DNA of 64,000 nt from the human T2T-CHM13v2.0 reference genome, Homo sapiens: the NCBI RefSeq assembly GCF_009914755.1, contig NC_060936.1. The stretch is one strand, 5' to 3'. Position numbers and translations under genes: made by a program. Every line of letters begins with the position of its first letter. Position 1 is the stretch's first letter. The notes beneath the pieces are model-generated. The model was not told where the DNA came from and did not search any database. It saw only the letters and a program-made list of their open reading frames with translations. Below, in pieces: positions 44,971 through 59,994 of the stretch.

Positions 44971-45573
44971 GTAGTTACTATCTGTATTAGCCATTTAAGA
45001 AGGCAAAACAAAAACAACAACAACAAAAGAAGCCAACACAAACTCCAAAACAAACAAAATCCGAAAATATCTATTTTTCAGGACATTTCAGAAAAGGAGA
45101 CTAAATACTGCAAACTAATGTGAGACTGGACTCAATGTGAAGGCAGAATCACCTCACGCTTCTCATCCATATGTGCCAAGAATTATCTCATGTAATCCTC
45201 GCCCTACTGAAGGCTGACTTAACAGCTTCTTTGCTAAATATTTATACACCAAAGAGAATCATCCTTTAACTATCTACATCTCCTTTGAGGCACAAGAGAC
45301 AAGAGGTCCATACTAAAACAGCTTTTGACTGTCACCTCTCAGTGTCTGCCTAGATGAAACTGACATTGCCAGTTCCTACCAGAATCTATTAGAAAGTATT
45401 AACTTAGGAGTTTGGAGCCTAAATTTTAATTCTGGCTTTTCCACTGATCAGCTGTGTAATTCAGGGCAGGTTATAACCTTTCTGAATCTATTTTCTACCT
45501 TTTTCATGTTTTCTTGAAGTCCAAATGAAATAGCTATAAAGGAGACAAACCGTATAGTGCTGGAAAACTGTAA

Positions 45574-45954
<381 letters not shown>

Positions 45955-46032
45955 TAAACTTGAGGGCAGGAACCATGTCTTATTCATCTTTGTCTCTTAG
46001 TTTGCTTCTGGCACATAGTAGGTAATCAATAA

Positions 46033-46408
<376 letters not shown>

Positions 46409-46504
46409 TGAGTGAATAAACAAACATAAAGAATTTTCAAAGGAATTCTGGAGGTCCTGTCTCAGCTGAGAAGAGCCCATGGAAGGAAAAGCCATTCATA
46501 GTAC

Positions 46505-46738
46505 CTGCTTCAACCACGTGGTCCATTGTGGGAAATCTTTTGTACACAGCAGTGCTCACCGAGCGAAAGATGAGCAGGGAGGTGAGATTGACGTAGCGCA
46601 TCAGCGTCCTTCTAAGCAGGCGCCCGTGCTCGTCGCTTCCGTGAACACTGCTAGAGATGAGGAACATTAGCCTGTCTGGCCAGGGCAAATTCACAAACTG
46701 GTTCCACCATCGGTTCACTACCAGAGTAACATAAAACC
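46505..46738 (-). CDS. BEST3: BEST3 exon 4 ([14 protein letters not shown]...[12 protein letters not shown]; RFP motif)
   Basis: ctacag|GG acceptor, CAG|gtact donor, 234 nt, phase 1-1. Confidence 0.97.
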
Positions 46739-47200
46739 CTGTAGAATAACAGGAAATTATAAAGCAGTTTCTTACAGCAGACACGTTGGTGACACTGATG
46801 CTTTTAGCTGAATTTTAGCCTTTTTAGAGGTTGGAGGACAAAAATATATTATTATCCATATCTTCTGATTTTGTCTTCCAGAAAAAAAATGTCATTTGTG
46901 CCTGGCAATGCCTAAGCACCCTGTAAGTGGGTATTAGATCTCAAATATTGACTGCAAAAATGGAGAGTTAGTGAAGAGAAAGCTTAAATGTCCAATAGCA
47001 GATTATTTCCTCAAACTTGTTTGGTGTTAATTTCGCAAAAGCAGCCGTGAAGGCAAACCTTATGGATGATTCTGGTTCTATTGCAAGCGGTGGCTTTTCA
47101 GGCATGCCTCTCAGCTTGGAAACACTCCCATGCAGAGTCATCGGTGTCATCCTAACGGAGACAGCTATGTGGCTGCAATCTGTGTGTGACCTATACTTAC

Positions 47201-47295
47201 CAAGCACAAAGGTTACTGGAATTTGTTCAGCATATCTGTCACAGTAAATTGATAATTTTTCAAAGTAACGTTTTTGGACTCCTGTAAGTAACAAT
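47201..47295 (-). CDS. BEST3: BEST3 exon 3 (LLLTGVQKRYFEK...QIPVTFVLG; includes neck residues I76 and F80)
   Basis: tccag|ATT acceptor, TTG|gtaagt donor, 95 nt, phase 2-1. Confidence 0.97.
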
Positions 47296-48489
47296 CTGGA
47301 GCAAAAATAAAATGCACAGCCCTTTATGATATTATACTTCTGCACCTGCTTTGCAAGTGACATTAAGTGCAAACAATTAAGCACAAATAATCTTTTATTT
47401 TTGAAGGATCAATAATTTTTTCCTTTTTTCTTAAACTGATGTGTCTCAAAAGCTTTTTAATTGCTTAATGTCTCAAGTGCTAACATTTTGTAAACATGAT
47501 TGGCTATTAAATAGTGGGATTAATTAATCATTTTATTTTAAAAACTTTATATTTTAAAAGTTTTATATGATTGATTCATTGGATTTAGAGCAAGGTATGT
47601 TACAAAATAGTTCAGTTTTCAATTATTCATCAGGAATACCTTAAAAAGAGTGTATTATTGATTAAGTATGAATTAGCATTATTAAGTAATTGTTAAATAA
47701 TAACACTGAATTTGACACCTTGATATTTCTCCTGAATATGCAACTTAGCACATTCTTGATTATCATGTGTATAATATCCCTTCAAGGGATATTATAACTG
47801 TTCATTTTAAAGCCCAGAATTGTTTGGAGTCTAAAACAAATTTAACAATGAGAAATGAAAACTTTCATTATTAAATTTAGTCACTCTCTCAAAATTTATA
47901 TTATAGATCTAACCCAACCTGCCCAAACCCCATTTTCTGGTATTGTTAAACATAAGTGCATTTAATGAGACTATTATTGATATTTACATTATAGGGAAGA
48001 GATTCAGAGTCTGGAGAAATGTTTTAAGGCAAACTAATAATAATGACCAAAATACAGGAAGGAAAGCCAAACAGATGAATTTGAATAAATCGACGAGTGT
48101 AGCTGTTCCAAAGGAAGAAGGAACTCAAGGAAAGATCCATTATAACAAGCATCAAAGGCTCATTTGGGTCAGTAGAACTTTGATAAAGGAAGCAAAGGGA
48201 TAATGAGATAACAGTAAGCAACCAATTAGATTGCAGATAGAGAGCTGTTGGGAGCTGGTCCTGACACAGAAGGTGTGTGGGGTACAGGGTGAGCTTGGAG
48301 TTCCTGCCCCAGCTTTGGAAGAGGTGTTAGAATTACTGAAGTCAGGGAAAGCTGACAGGAGAGGTACCAGATTGTTGCAGAGGTCTATCAGGGTTATGCT
48401 GATGACAATTACAGCCAGAATGGTTTCTGATGTTCAAATAGACATGGTCAAAGAGGATTTAAATGTGGAAAGCATGGACCTTTTTTAAG

Positions 48490-48710
48490 GTCAGACAAAG
48501 CCAGATTTTAATTCCAAGTCTGACACTTATGAATTTGGACTTTGAGCATATTTTTGAACTCTCTGAGTCTCAGTTTTCTCATCTGTAAGTGGGGATAAAA
48601 ATATCTATATATAAGAGGCATTGTAAAGATTAAATAATATATGTATACATATATATAACCACTTAACAAATTGCCTCATACTTAGTTAATAATAAAATGG
48701 TTCATATTAA
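48490..48710 (+). mobile_element. MIR
   Basis: ctctgagtctcagttttctcatctgtaa core. Confidence 0.75.
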
Positions 48711-50477
48711 TAGTTGGCCAAAGAAAAAATATTTGGCTAATAGATGTAGAAATTTTAATAGCTAGAAAGTATTTCAGAAATTATTTTGTCAAATTCCTCC
48801 AAAAATAGAAATAAATGTAATCAAATTAATGAATCTGGTTCCTCCTTATAATTTTTGTTAGGAATAATTATGTACCTATAATAGAGCTAATAAAGACTTA
48901 GAGAATGAAACTACATCTATATTTTTCTATAGATGTGTTTGATTTTCTTGACAAACTCATCCTATAGTTCTTGGTATACCTTTGATTAAGATAGAAAGAT
49001 CTATTTTAATAAGGTATTACAATTGAACTTTAAAAATTTAAGGATGACTTGAACTGATAATTTTTGTTATAAATGTAAGCCCTCTGCTTTAGAAGAAATA
49101 TATGCATAAAATGTTGTGGGGTATAAGTATGATATTGGAACAAAAGTTGAGGCCCCAAGGAACATTTCTAGCTACATTGCAACTGTAGTAAGGGCTATTC
49201 TGTTCTATTCTTAGCAGAAGTAGCAGCAATAAATTCACATTAGTAAAAATGAACTAATGAGATAATTATCACGAAACACCATTGTATCTTTTACCATTTC
49301 ATATTCTGAAGGCTTAGGTGATACCTACCTAAATTGCCAAAATAATATCATATTATATGACATGTCTGAAAAATTATTAGAGGTTGTTAATAGGACTTTC
49401 CCTCTAAAAATATTTTGTCAAAATATATACCAATGCATACACTTGCTTGGAAGGGTTGTTTTGACATGTGGAAAAATAGCTGTACCTATTTTACTTTTAA
49501 TAATTATCAGTCAACTACATTAATATCCCTCTTTTCCAAAGGAGATCCTGTTGCTGCAAGGAAGAATGTGAGAGCAATGAAACACAAATTTGTTTATCTG
49601 TATGCAGAAGAAAAATAACAAACTATGAACATAGAAAAAATGGAAATACAGCCTCAAAAACCTTTAGCTTTCCTGTTTTAAATTTTAGCTTCCTCCAGAG
49701 AAGAAATTTATGCATTCAATTTTAATAAAAAAAGCTTTAAAATCTCATAAGTCTTCCCTTTTATCATACTGATGAAATTTTATTAAGACTATAACTTTTC
49801 ATCATAAAAATATTTCTTGGACTTGATATTGCTCAAATTTCCTGTCAATCTGACAGGCATATGTTGTAATGTTATAAAGAATAAGCACCTCCTTTTGTGA
49901 ACATAATATACCCTCAACTCAGAAAACGGAAAGAAAATAAATTATTCTACAGGCCTTTGCTTTAGTTGAGGTACTGTTAAGTGTGGCAGGCATCATCCTG
50001 GATAAGATATTTTCATTCCAGGCCAAAAGAAGGAAAGCTTTTCCCTGACATACACCAATCATGAACATGTTGATTATATAGGTAGTTGCTACAAGCTGTC
50101 AAATCATCAACTATGAATGACAAGTTGACAGAAGCACAAATAATTATTGTCTGTGGACTTTGCCCATTCAAAAGTCTTTACACAGTAAAGATCTAAGGAT
50201 AATCCTTCCATTTTGTGCCTATTGCAACAGTCTCCAGGCACAACTGGGGCTGGAATGAAGGCCACCTGAATCTTAACAGTGAGGGTCTATTTTACAACCT
50301 AACAATGGTTAGTGGTGGATTAAAATCTGTCCTGAGGGGAAGAAGACAAATGAGAGGCTCACGCAAAAAAGGAGTTCCATAATGCGAAGTCAGTGGCAAT
50401 CAAAAGGTTCAGATTTTTGAGACTGTATCTTACACAATATCTGATGGCCATTTAAGGAGACATGTAAAGAAAAGTAC

Positions 50478-50629
50478 CTGTACACCAAACTTATTGCTGT
50501 ATAAAGAACAGCAAAAACAATAAATTCCCTGTACAGTAGTTTGTAGATGCTGCCTCTCCACTTGAGGAGTAACCTATGAAATCCAAAAAAAGTTGCATTT
50601 GCTACTTTACTGGAGTAAGTGACAGTCAT
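50478..50629 (-). CDS. BEST3: BEST3 exon 2 coding part (MTVTYSSK...SLVYR); the exon begins at 50644 with 15 nt of 5' UTR
   Basis: ATG at 50629; acceptor ttctag at 50645-50646; donor cag|gtactt; 152 nt; bestrophin N-terminus ([13 protein letters not shown]). Confidence 0.97.
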
Positions 50630-52035
50630 CTTGGATAGTTTTTTCTAGAAGAGCAAGAAGACAAAACACAAGTAAAAAGCAATGTTTAAAATAGGGCATA
50701 AATCTGTATGTCTGTATATCAAGGAAATTCAAGCCAGCAACTAGTCAGCCATATCTCTGTTTTGTCTTTCTTAGTTTCTATAATTCGGAACTTTCAGATA
50801 ACCATTATCTCAGTTTAGCAGAAAGCAGGAGGAAAGCAGTCTCTGGGAAGAGTAATATTAGACATCTTAAACTTGCCTTAACTGTTAAATATTATTTTTA
50901 GATTATATAGCCATTGGCCAATATATATTTGAATGAACAAATGAGACAAACAAGGCCCTCGTGAGAATTTAATTGATGGGGCACTTTTGGTGGGTTTGAT
51001 TGCATGTAGATGTCTCTCTAGTGGAGGTCCAAATGCATCGTTAGCACTCACTGCATTTCAAAAGTCAGCCAAAAAGTTGGGTCATAGTGATAAATAAGAA
51101 TGGTGCAGTTTCCCCATGACAAGTTGTACATAAATGCTTAGGGATGGTTCACATTCTCTTTGGAGTTGAACAAAATGAGGTCATTATTTACAACTCTTTC
51201 TACTTGAGTCCATTTCATGAATGTGGTTAGGATGAGCACTGGGCCCAAAAGCCTTGTTTTCGGTGAGTTCTTTGGAATTCCACCACTTTTCACCAAGACA
51301 TTAAATATTCAGGTTTTGAAACAGACAGCGCAAAGCTAATCTTTGAAAATCTTGCTCAATTTCTGGCTAAGATAGAACATATGCAAATAAAATGAGATTT
51401 ATTTAAAATCTTACTTTTCTCAAAAGGATCTATGAGGAGAGTCTTATAGAGCTACTTAGACTGAAATCATGAAGCTTTTAGATAGAATTGTACTAGACAC
51501 AAAAAATAAATTCTGTAGCAGATTTCTTTTGTAAAGTAGCCTACACCACACATTTTATCATAAACAAGAAAATTTTCTATCTTTACTCATTGCTGGAAAA
51601 ACAATTCAACTCTGATTTGCCTATTTTCCCTAAGGAAATGAAACTCTGGAGCTACGTTTACAGCATTTTCTAAAATCACAAACTTAGCTTTCAACATTAC
51701 TGATTTTAATAAAGAAGGTAGGGCCTTTTGGCACAAGTAAGTGGCATTACAAAAGGATGGGACTCATGCCACAAAACCGGTTTTATTTTTCCATCTTTAC
51801 CTTGTCTATTTGCCTAGTGCGAATACAGCCAAAATTGGGAGAGGAGCATAATAAATTAAACCCATTTCATAATTTGTTCTCATGGACTCCCGGTAGTTTT
51901 AAATAACAGTCCTTAATTAACTTTCCTTTCTTTCATTTAGTAGTTCACTCTTCTTTTCAAGCTCTGCCAGGAAAATGAAAATCACAGCAAGTAGAGGTCA
52001 GAATTAAAATGCATAGGTTTACTCTGGGCACTAAC

Positions 52036-52200
52036 CTATTTATTTGGTTTGTAGTCTCCGACAGGAAAGAGAATCTTCAAATTTCTGGCTCCCCCGAAGA
52101 GGTGCCTTCAGGTCGGTGCTGCACGCCCGGTGTCACCCTTCGCTCGTGCACAGTCAGATTTTCTTTCTGTTCTCTGGCCACTGAGAGGACCCAGAGTGTG
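52036..52200 (-). other. BEST3: Probable BEST3 non-coding exon 1 (5' end uncertain)
   Basis: Donor-like AATAG|gttagt at 52035; local CpG enrichment 52060-52150; exon 2 has a real acceptor, so an upstream exon is required. Confidence 0.7.
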
Positions 52201-52360
52201 ACAAGAACAGGGGTTAAATGTTTTTCCACTTGTAGAGGCCTGTTTATGCCAGTTTACCCACTGATGACAGTTATAGCTGGGAACAAACAGAAGCAACAGC
52301 TGCTGATGCTGCTTTTTTCTAAGCTATAATTATAACTCCACCTGCCGCCCCAAGTACCCC
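52200..52360 (-). promoter_or_regulatory. Probable BEST3 proximal promoter with muscle-type E-boxes and an AT-rich element
   Basis: CAGCTG 52297-52302, palindrome TATAATTATA 52325-52334, CACCTG 52339-52344, CCGCCC 52345-52350. Confidence 0.6.
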
Positions 52361-52547
52361 TTTGAATGAGAAGTTGGCAGTGACATGAAGGATGTTGGGC
52401 CGTTTGTCTGTTAGATTCATTTGACTCCACCCTGGGATCAAGGAAGAAAGGTTGATTTGGCCCTAAAGAGTTCAAAAAAGAGGCCCCACCAGCCAAAAAA
52501 AAAAAAAAAAAAGTCTTTTTGTGCTTGAAATGAAGATTAAATTCTTA

Positions 52548-52949
<402 letters not shown>

Positions 52950-53062
52950 TTATGTGTTAGTGTGTGTGTGGTGTGTGTTTGTGTGTTAGAAGAACACATA
53001 GAGAATCATGATATATTGATGGCTTAGTGTAGTGGGAAATAATAACACATGGATTCATCACA

Positions 53063-53357
53063 TTTTTTTTCTTTTAAGATGGAGTCTCGCTCTGTCGCCC
53101 AGGCTGGAGTGCAGTGGCACGATCTTGGCTCACTGCAACCTCACCTCCCGGGTTCAAGCGATTTTCCTCCCTCAGCCTCCCAAGTAGCTGGGATTACAGG
53201 TGCACACCATCACACCGGCTAATTTTTTATATTTTTGGTAGAGATGAGGCTTCACCATGTTGGCCAGGCTGATCTCGAGCTCCTTACCTCAAGTGATCTG
53301 CCTGCCTCGGCCTTCCAAAATGCTGGGATTACAGGCGTGAGGCAACGCACCCGGCCA
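53063..53357 (-). mobile_element. Alu (AluS-like)
   Basis: TSD gattcatcacattt. Confidence 0.95.
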
Positions 53358-53398
53358 GATTCATCACATTTGTTATCCTTCCATGGTCAGCTAGGAAA

Positions 53399-54144
<746 letters not shown>

Positions 54145-56041
54145 CCATATTTTCTTTCTTAAAAGAGAGAATTCACCAGCGTTCTTTAAGTAATAAAATA
54201 CATAATTTCAGGGCCAATTCCTGGGACTTTTCCAACCTTCTAAAGTAACTTGTGCACCCTTGCACCTTAACTTAAAGAAAATGTATTTTTATGGAGAAAG
54301 ATATAGAAAAAAATGCTTATTCTAAAATTAAGATTACATATAATTAAATTTTTCTAAAACATTAAGTTTTATATGCATTTCGCTGGATTCTTTATCAAAT
54401 TCTAGGTACCTTAGATTAGAGCAAAGCCAGGGCTGTAGGTATCTTTTTAATTTCTTGCCCCCATCCCTGTTCATAATTCCAGTATGGAGCCCTGTGAATA
54501 ATGAATATTTAGTATGTATTTGCTGTTTGATTATTCCTTACCTTCACTATTATAATTCTGTTGGTTATTTGAGGGAATTTGTGAACATTTAAAAAGCATA
54601 TATACAATGTTACACATCTTATGTTGTGTTGCCATGAAAAGTGGTCTGATAGATCTGATGTTATGTTTATAAAGGTTTGCAAGACGAATCTCAGCAAATC
54701 TAAACCCAAATGCTTATGAAATAGGAACATCGGAGGTATTTTGTAAAATTCTCACTCTTGCATCTCCTATTGGTTGTGTGGTGGCCCTGACAGCTGGCAT
54801 ATTCCCAGCAGCCATGACTGCATAGCTAGGGGATCTGCCTCTGTGGGGCACTGAACGCACTGTTGGTTGGTTTCATTTCTAAACAGGGATAATTATGTTC
54901 CTCTCTCCCATTGGGTTGTTTTGAGGAATGACTAATTAATGGTTGGAGACAGCATTCTAAATGCAAATTAGTCAATAATGATCAGATTGAATGAACAAAC
55001 TCCCATTGTTGAGCTCTGAATCTGGTGGTGATTTCTAACAGGTACTGAAAGAGGCCTTGTCGAAATAGCCCTGCTTAGAGGAGACAAGCCACTAAAGCTT
55101 ATTTTAAAATATCCAACAAACACCGGATTGCAAAGTTGAAGGCTCATATCACTTTTTAAATCGAACTTTAAAGTTTCTTTAGAAATTTTTTTCCAGATTC
55201 TAAAAGTAAAATATGATTATTAAAAAATAAAAAGGAAAACAACATATAAAGAAGACAGTGGCACTCTGTCCTGCCACACTAGAGGGGTGGTATCATTTGG
55301 CATAAAGTTAATCTTGCTAGACTTTTGTGGAAAATATTTTAACCCTATAATTAATAGCAAACGATATGATAGACCCTTAGGCAATTTCAGGGCTCTATGA
55401 AATAACTATACCAGCCATATTTTCCCTTGACAGTAAACATCAAGTTATGTGATTTTGACCACTCTGATTTTCAACAGTCCAGAGTAGCACATTTGTCTTT
55501 GATTCCAGTAAACCTCCAATGACAGGGCAATTCATAGAAAAGAACAAGGAATCATTTCCACTTGGAATCCTGATATTCACCTATAGATGTCAAAATAAAT
55601 CTCTTTGTTCCTTAAGGAAACAGGAAATAGTAACAACAACAAGTTTACGTAGCCAATACCACCTTCTACTTGAGAAGCAGCTATTTAGAAAGCCCCACAT
55701 TCATTTTAAACTGATTTGACATGTCTCCACTGACATGAGAAGTCTCTTGTCAAATTTCTTCTGAGTGATTAGTTGAACATAAATTGTGTGTAGATAACAC
55801 ATGTATTCAAATATTAACCAAAGACCAGACGTTGTATTTTGGAGGATTTGATTCTGAACCTAAGACTTTGGGACATTACTAAGTGGGCAATCAATCAATG
55901 TTTTTGATGGGGAAAGGGTTCGAAAAAATCCGAGCTGCAGAAATGTGAGTCTCTGGGAAGAGTGTGTGATGAATTGGAGTGGGTAGGGACTATAGAAGGG
56001 GAATCAATTTGAAGGTTATTTTGGTTGTTCTGGGATAAACT

Positions 56042-56210
56042 GGGATGGTGGGTGGGTGGGTGGGTGGAATGCAGAGGAAGGATGGTGGGAGAGAGCCCAG
56101 GGGATAGCTACCACTGCAGGGAGGGGAAGAAGAGCAGGGGTAGGCGAGAGGAGGAGGAGAAGGAGGAGGAGGAAAAGGAGGAGGCAAGAGGAGGAGGAGG
56201 AGGAAAGAGA
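56042..56210. repeat. (GGGT)4 and (GGA)n purine-rich low-complexity tract
   Basis: Direct reading. Confidence 0.85.
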
Positions 56211-56458
56211 AGTATCATATGACACTTCCTTTGTCCTTTGAGTCTGTTTGCTCATGAAGAACAAAGATTATGGAACATGATTCTCAAATTTGTTCAGGTA
56301 TGCTGTTCTTGATGACATGCCATGAACTTTTGATGTGTTTTATTTTATCCTGCAAATAAAAACATTCTACCAGCAAAAATGGATGCAAACTCAAGTTTCA
56401 AGTGGGAGCCCATGTGCCCATAAAAAAATAAAGTTGCTGAATTAAGTATGATTAGTCT

Positions 56459-56753
<295 letters not shown>

Positions 56754-57816
56754 GAATGATTAGCCTGTGGTTAGTGGTCAGTTTTCCTGTTAATACTTCT
56801 TTCTGGAACTTATGTTGCTATGTGCTGGATTTCTCTAGAAAAAAGATAGCAAACAGTGCTAAAAGTTCAAGAAAAATTCAGAGTAAAATGTAGAGAACAG
56901 TCCTCATTTTTTTTTCCACAGCAGAATACACTGGTTTGGTTAGTTTCAGAACCAATTATAGTGATCATGTTTTCCTACAGGTAAATTTTTACTTGCCCAG
57001 TTGGATGGTGATCTTCTTGAGAACTCATGTCCTACTCTTTCTTGTTTTTTTTCTTTTTTTCCTATTTACTGCTTGCAACAATGGATCCAACAGCTGCATA
57101 ACAAACACTGTTTGGGGTAAATCATGTGGCACTCCAGGTGTGCAGAGGTTTCTGTGTATGTCATTGGACATAGAACTGTGCCAAAAATCAAACCAAAGAG
57201 GATGGAAAACCTCTTCAATTAATTTATTATCTTTGATTTCAGGGGAGATATAGTGAACTCCTCAGACTAGAAAGACTATTGAGTTTTATTACAGCTGAAG
57301 CTCTAAGCTCATAAGAGACTGGATATTTGAGGAGTCATCATTACTTTCCTAGCATAGAGTAATTGCTAACTCAACAAAACAGAAATGCACTAGTTCAAAT
57401 TTTGAAGGTTATCTTTTTCTAATGGAAGGTATGGAAACTTTGTTCTATTTTAGAGATGAAAGCTTAGAGTCTAGAGTATTATGATTATGGTGCTGAATGT
57501 GTATCCTGTACTCTATAATTGATGACTTTTTAAAAATGAATGGTATTATTCATCTCAAATACATTCCAGATTGCTAAAGAAAAAAAATTTCACATAGAAT
57601 CAATTAAAAATCAGCTTAATTTTACAAGAAAAGGCACACGAATCCAAGAATATTGTTTATTCCAAACAGCTGTGAAATTCTGTTACTTTACCACTGTGAT
57701 TGTAGAAGGTAGTGGAAATTATGTTACTGTATGGGTAAAGGCAACATATAGGTAAATAGAAAAATGCTATGCATAAATATGTGGGCAATTCTAAAATACC
57801 TTTTCTCGTGTAGTAA

Positions 57817-58160
<344 letters not shown>

Positions 58161-58389
58161 GGTTCTGGTTTTCTAATATGGTATATTGAGCATTCTTCAG
58201 ACATCTTTTCAGTCCTTTAACATATAACAGCTCCTTAATAGTGGTTACTGCTGGGGAGAGTAGTAGGTTTGGAGTAAGGGGGGAAGAAAAAAACTTCAGT
58301 TTTTGCTCCATATAATTTTATATTTTAAAAAGTAACATCTATATTTTAATATGTAATCATATTAAATAAATGAAATAAAAATCAGACTT

Positions 58390-59470
58390 GATGCCACTTC
58401 CAAATTCATACCTCCAGCTCAGATCTTTCACCCAACTCCAGACTTACCTTAATATTTCCATAAACATCTCAAACCCAACATGCCCAAAATGGAACTCCTG
58501 GCCTTTTCCCACAAATGTGCTCCATCTGTAACCTTTCCCATCTCTGTTGATGAACATTCCTTCCTTCCAAAAGGTCTAGAACCTTGAAGTCATCTTCAGC
58601 TCCTCTCTTTCTCTCACACTGCAATCCAATCTTTCAGCAAATTGTATTGGTTCCACCTTGAACATATACTCAGAATCTGTCATCTCACTATCGCAGAGAT
58701 AGGGAGCTATCTCCACTGCCCCTGCCTCTTCAGAACCCGCATCGTGGTTTTCCGGGGTCACTCCAGCAGCTTCCCACAGGTCTCCCGGTGTCTGCACTTG
58801 CTCCCTGCAGTCTGTTGTAACACAAAGGCAGAAAAATCTTATTAAAAGACAAGCCAAGTCAAGCCATGTCTCTCCTCTTGTCACAGAGGAGTGACAAGCC
58901 ATGTCACTCCTCTGCTCAAAACCCCTCATTCACTCCCTGCTCTTCTCAGAATAAAAGCCTACGTCCTTCAATGGCAGCTAAGGTCTTCCATGACCTGCTC
59001 TCATTACCTCCTTGGTCTCATTTCCTATTACTTTCACCTGTGGACTCATCTCTAGCTGCATTTGTCTCCTTTGTTTCCTCAAACACATAGGCATGTCCCC
59101 AGCCTCAGTAGCCTCTACCTGCCTGGAATGTTCTTCCTCCAGGTATCTGAGGCACTGTCTCCTTCACCTCTTTCAAGCTTTTGCTCAGGTATCTTCTCAA
59201 TGAGCTGATGACTCTACCTAAAACTTCGTAGTGCCCTGCACACCTCCCTCCTCACAGCACTCTTGATGCCCTTACCCGGCTTCACTTGTGCTCTTTCTCC
59301 ACACCATTCTCCTTTGTATATACCTTGTAATTGACACATTTGTTGTGTTTATTGTCTTTTTCTCCCTACTAGAATGGGAGTTCCACAAGGGCAGGGAGCT
59401 GTCTGTTGTTCACTGATGAAAGCAAAGTGCCTTGAATAGTGGCTACTTCAAGAAATATTTATTGAATGAA
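58390..59470 (+). mobile_element. L2 (L2a-like) 3' portion
   Basis: catctcaaacccaacatgcccaaaatggaactc...aaatatttattgaatgaa. Confidence 0.85.
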
Positions 59471-59687
59471 AATTTAAAAACAGCCTAGAAGTGTTTCCAC
59501 TATTTCTCATATGAGAATGCCAATGTCATGAGGACCAGTTCCATGAGTATTTTGTTAATTACTTTATATCCAATGCCCAGCAAAGTATCTGCCATTAGTA
59601 GGCACTTAATAAATGTTTGTGAAATGAATAAATGAGGATGTATTTTTTATCCAGATGTTTAGCCCATCTTTTTAGTATAAATGGTGG

Positions 59688-59994
<307 letters not shown>

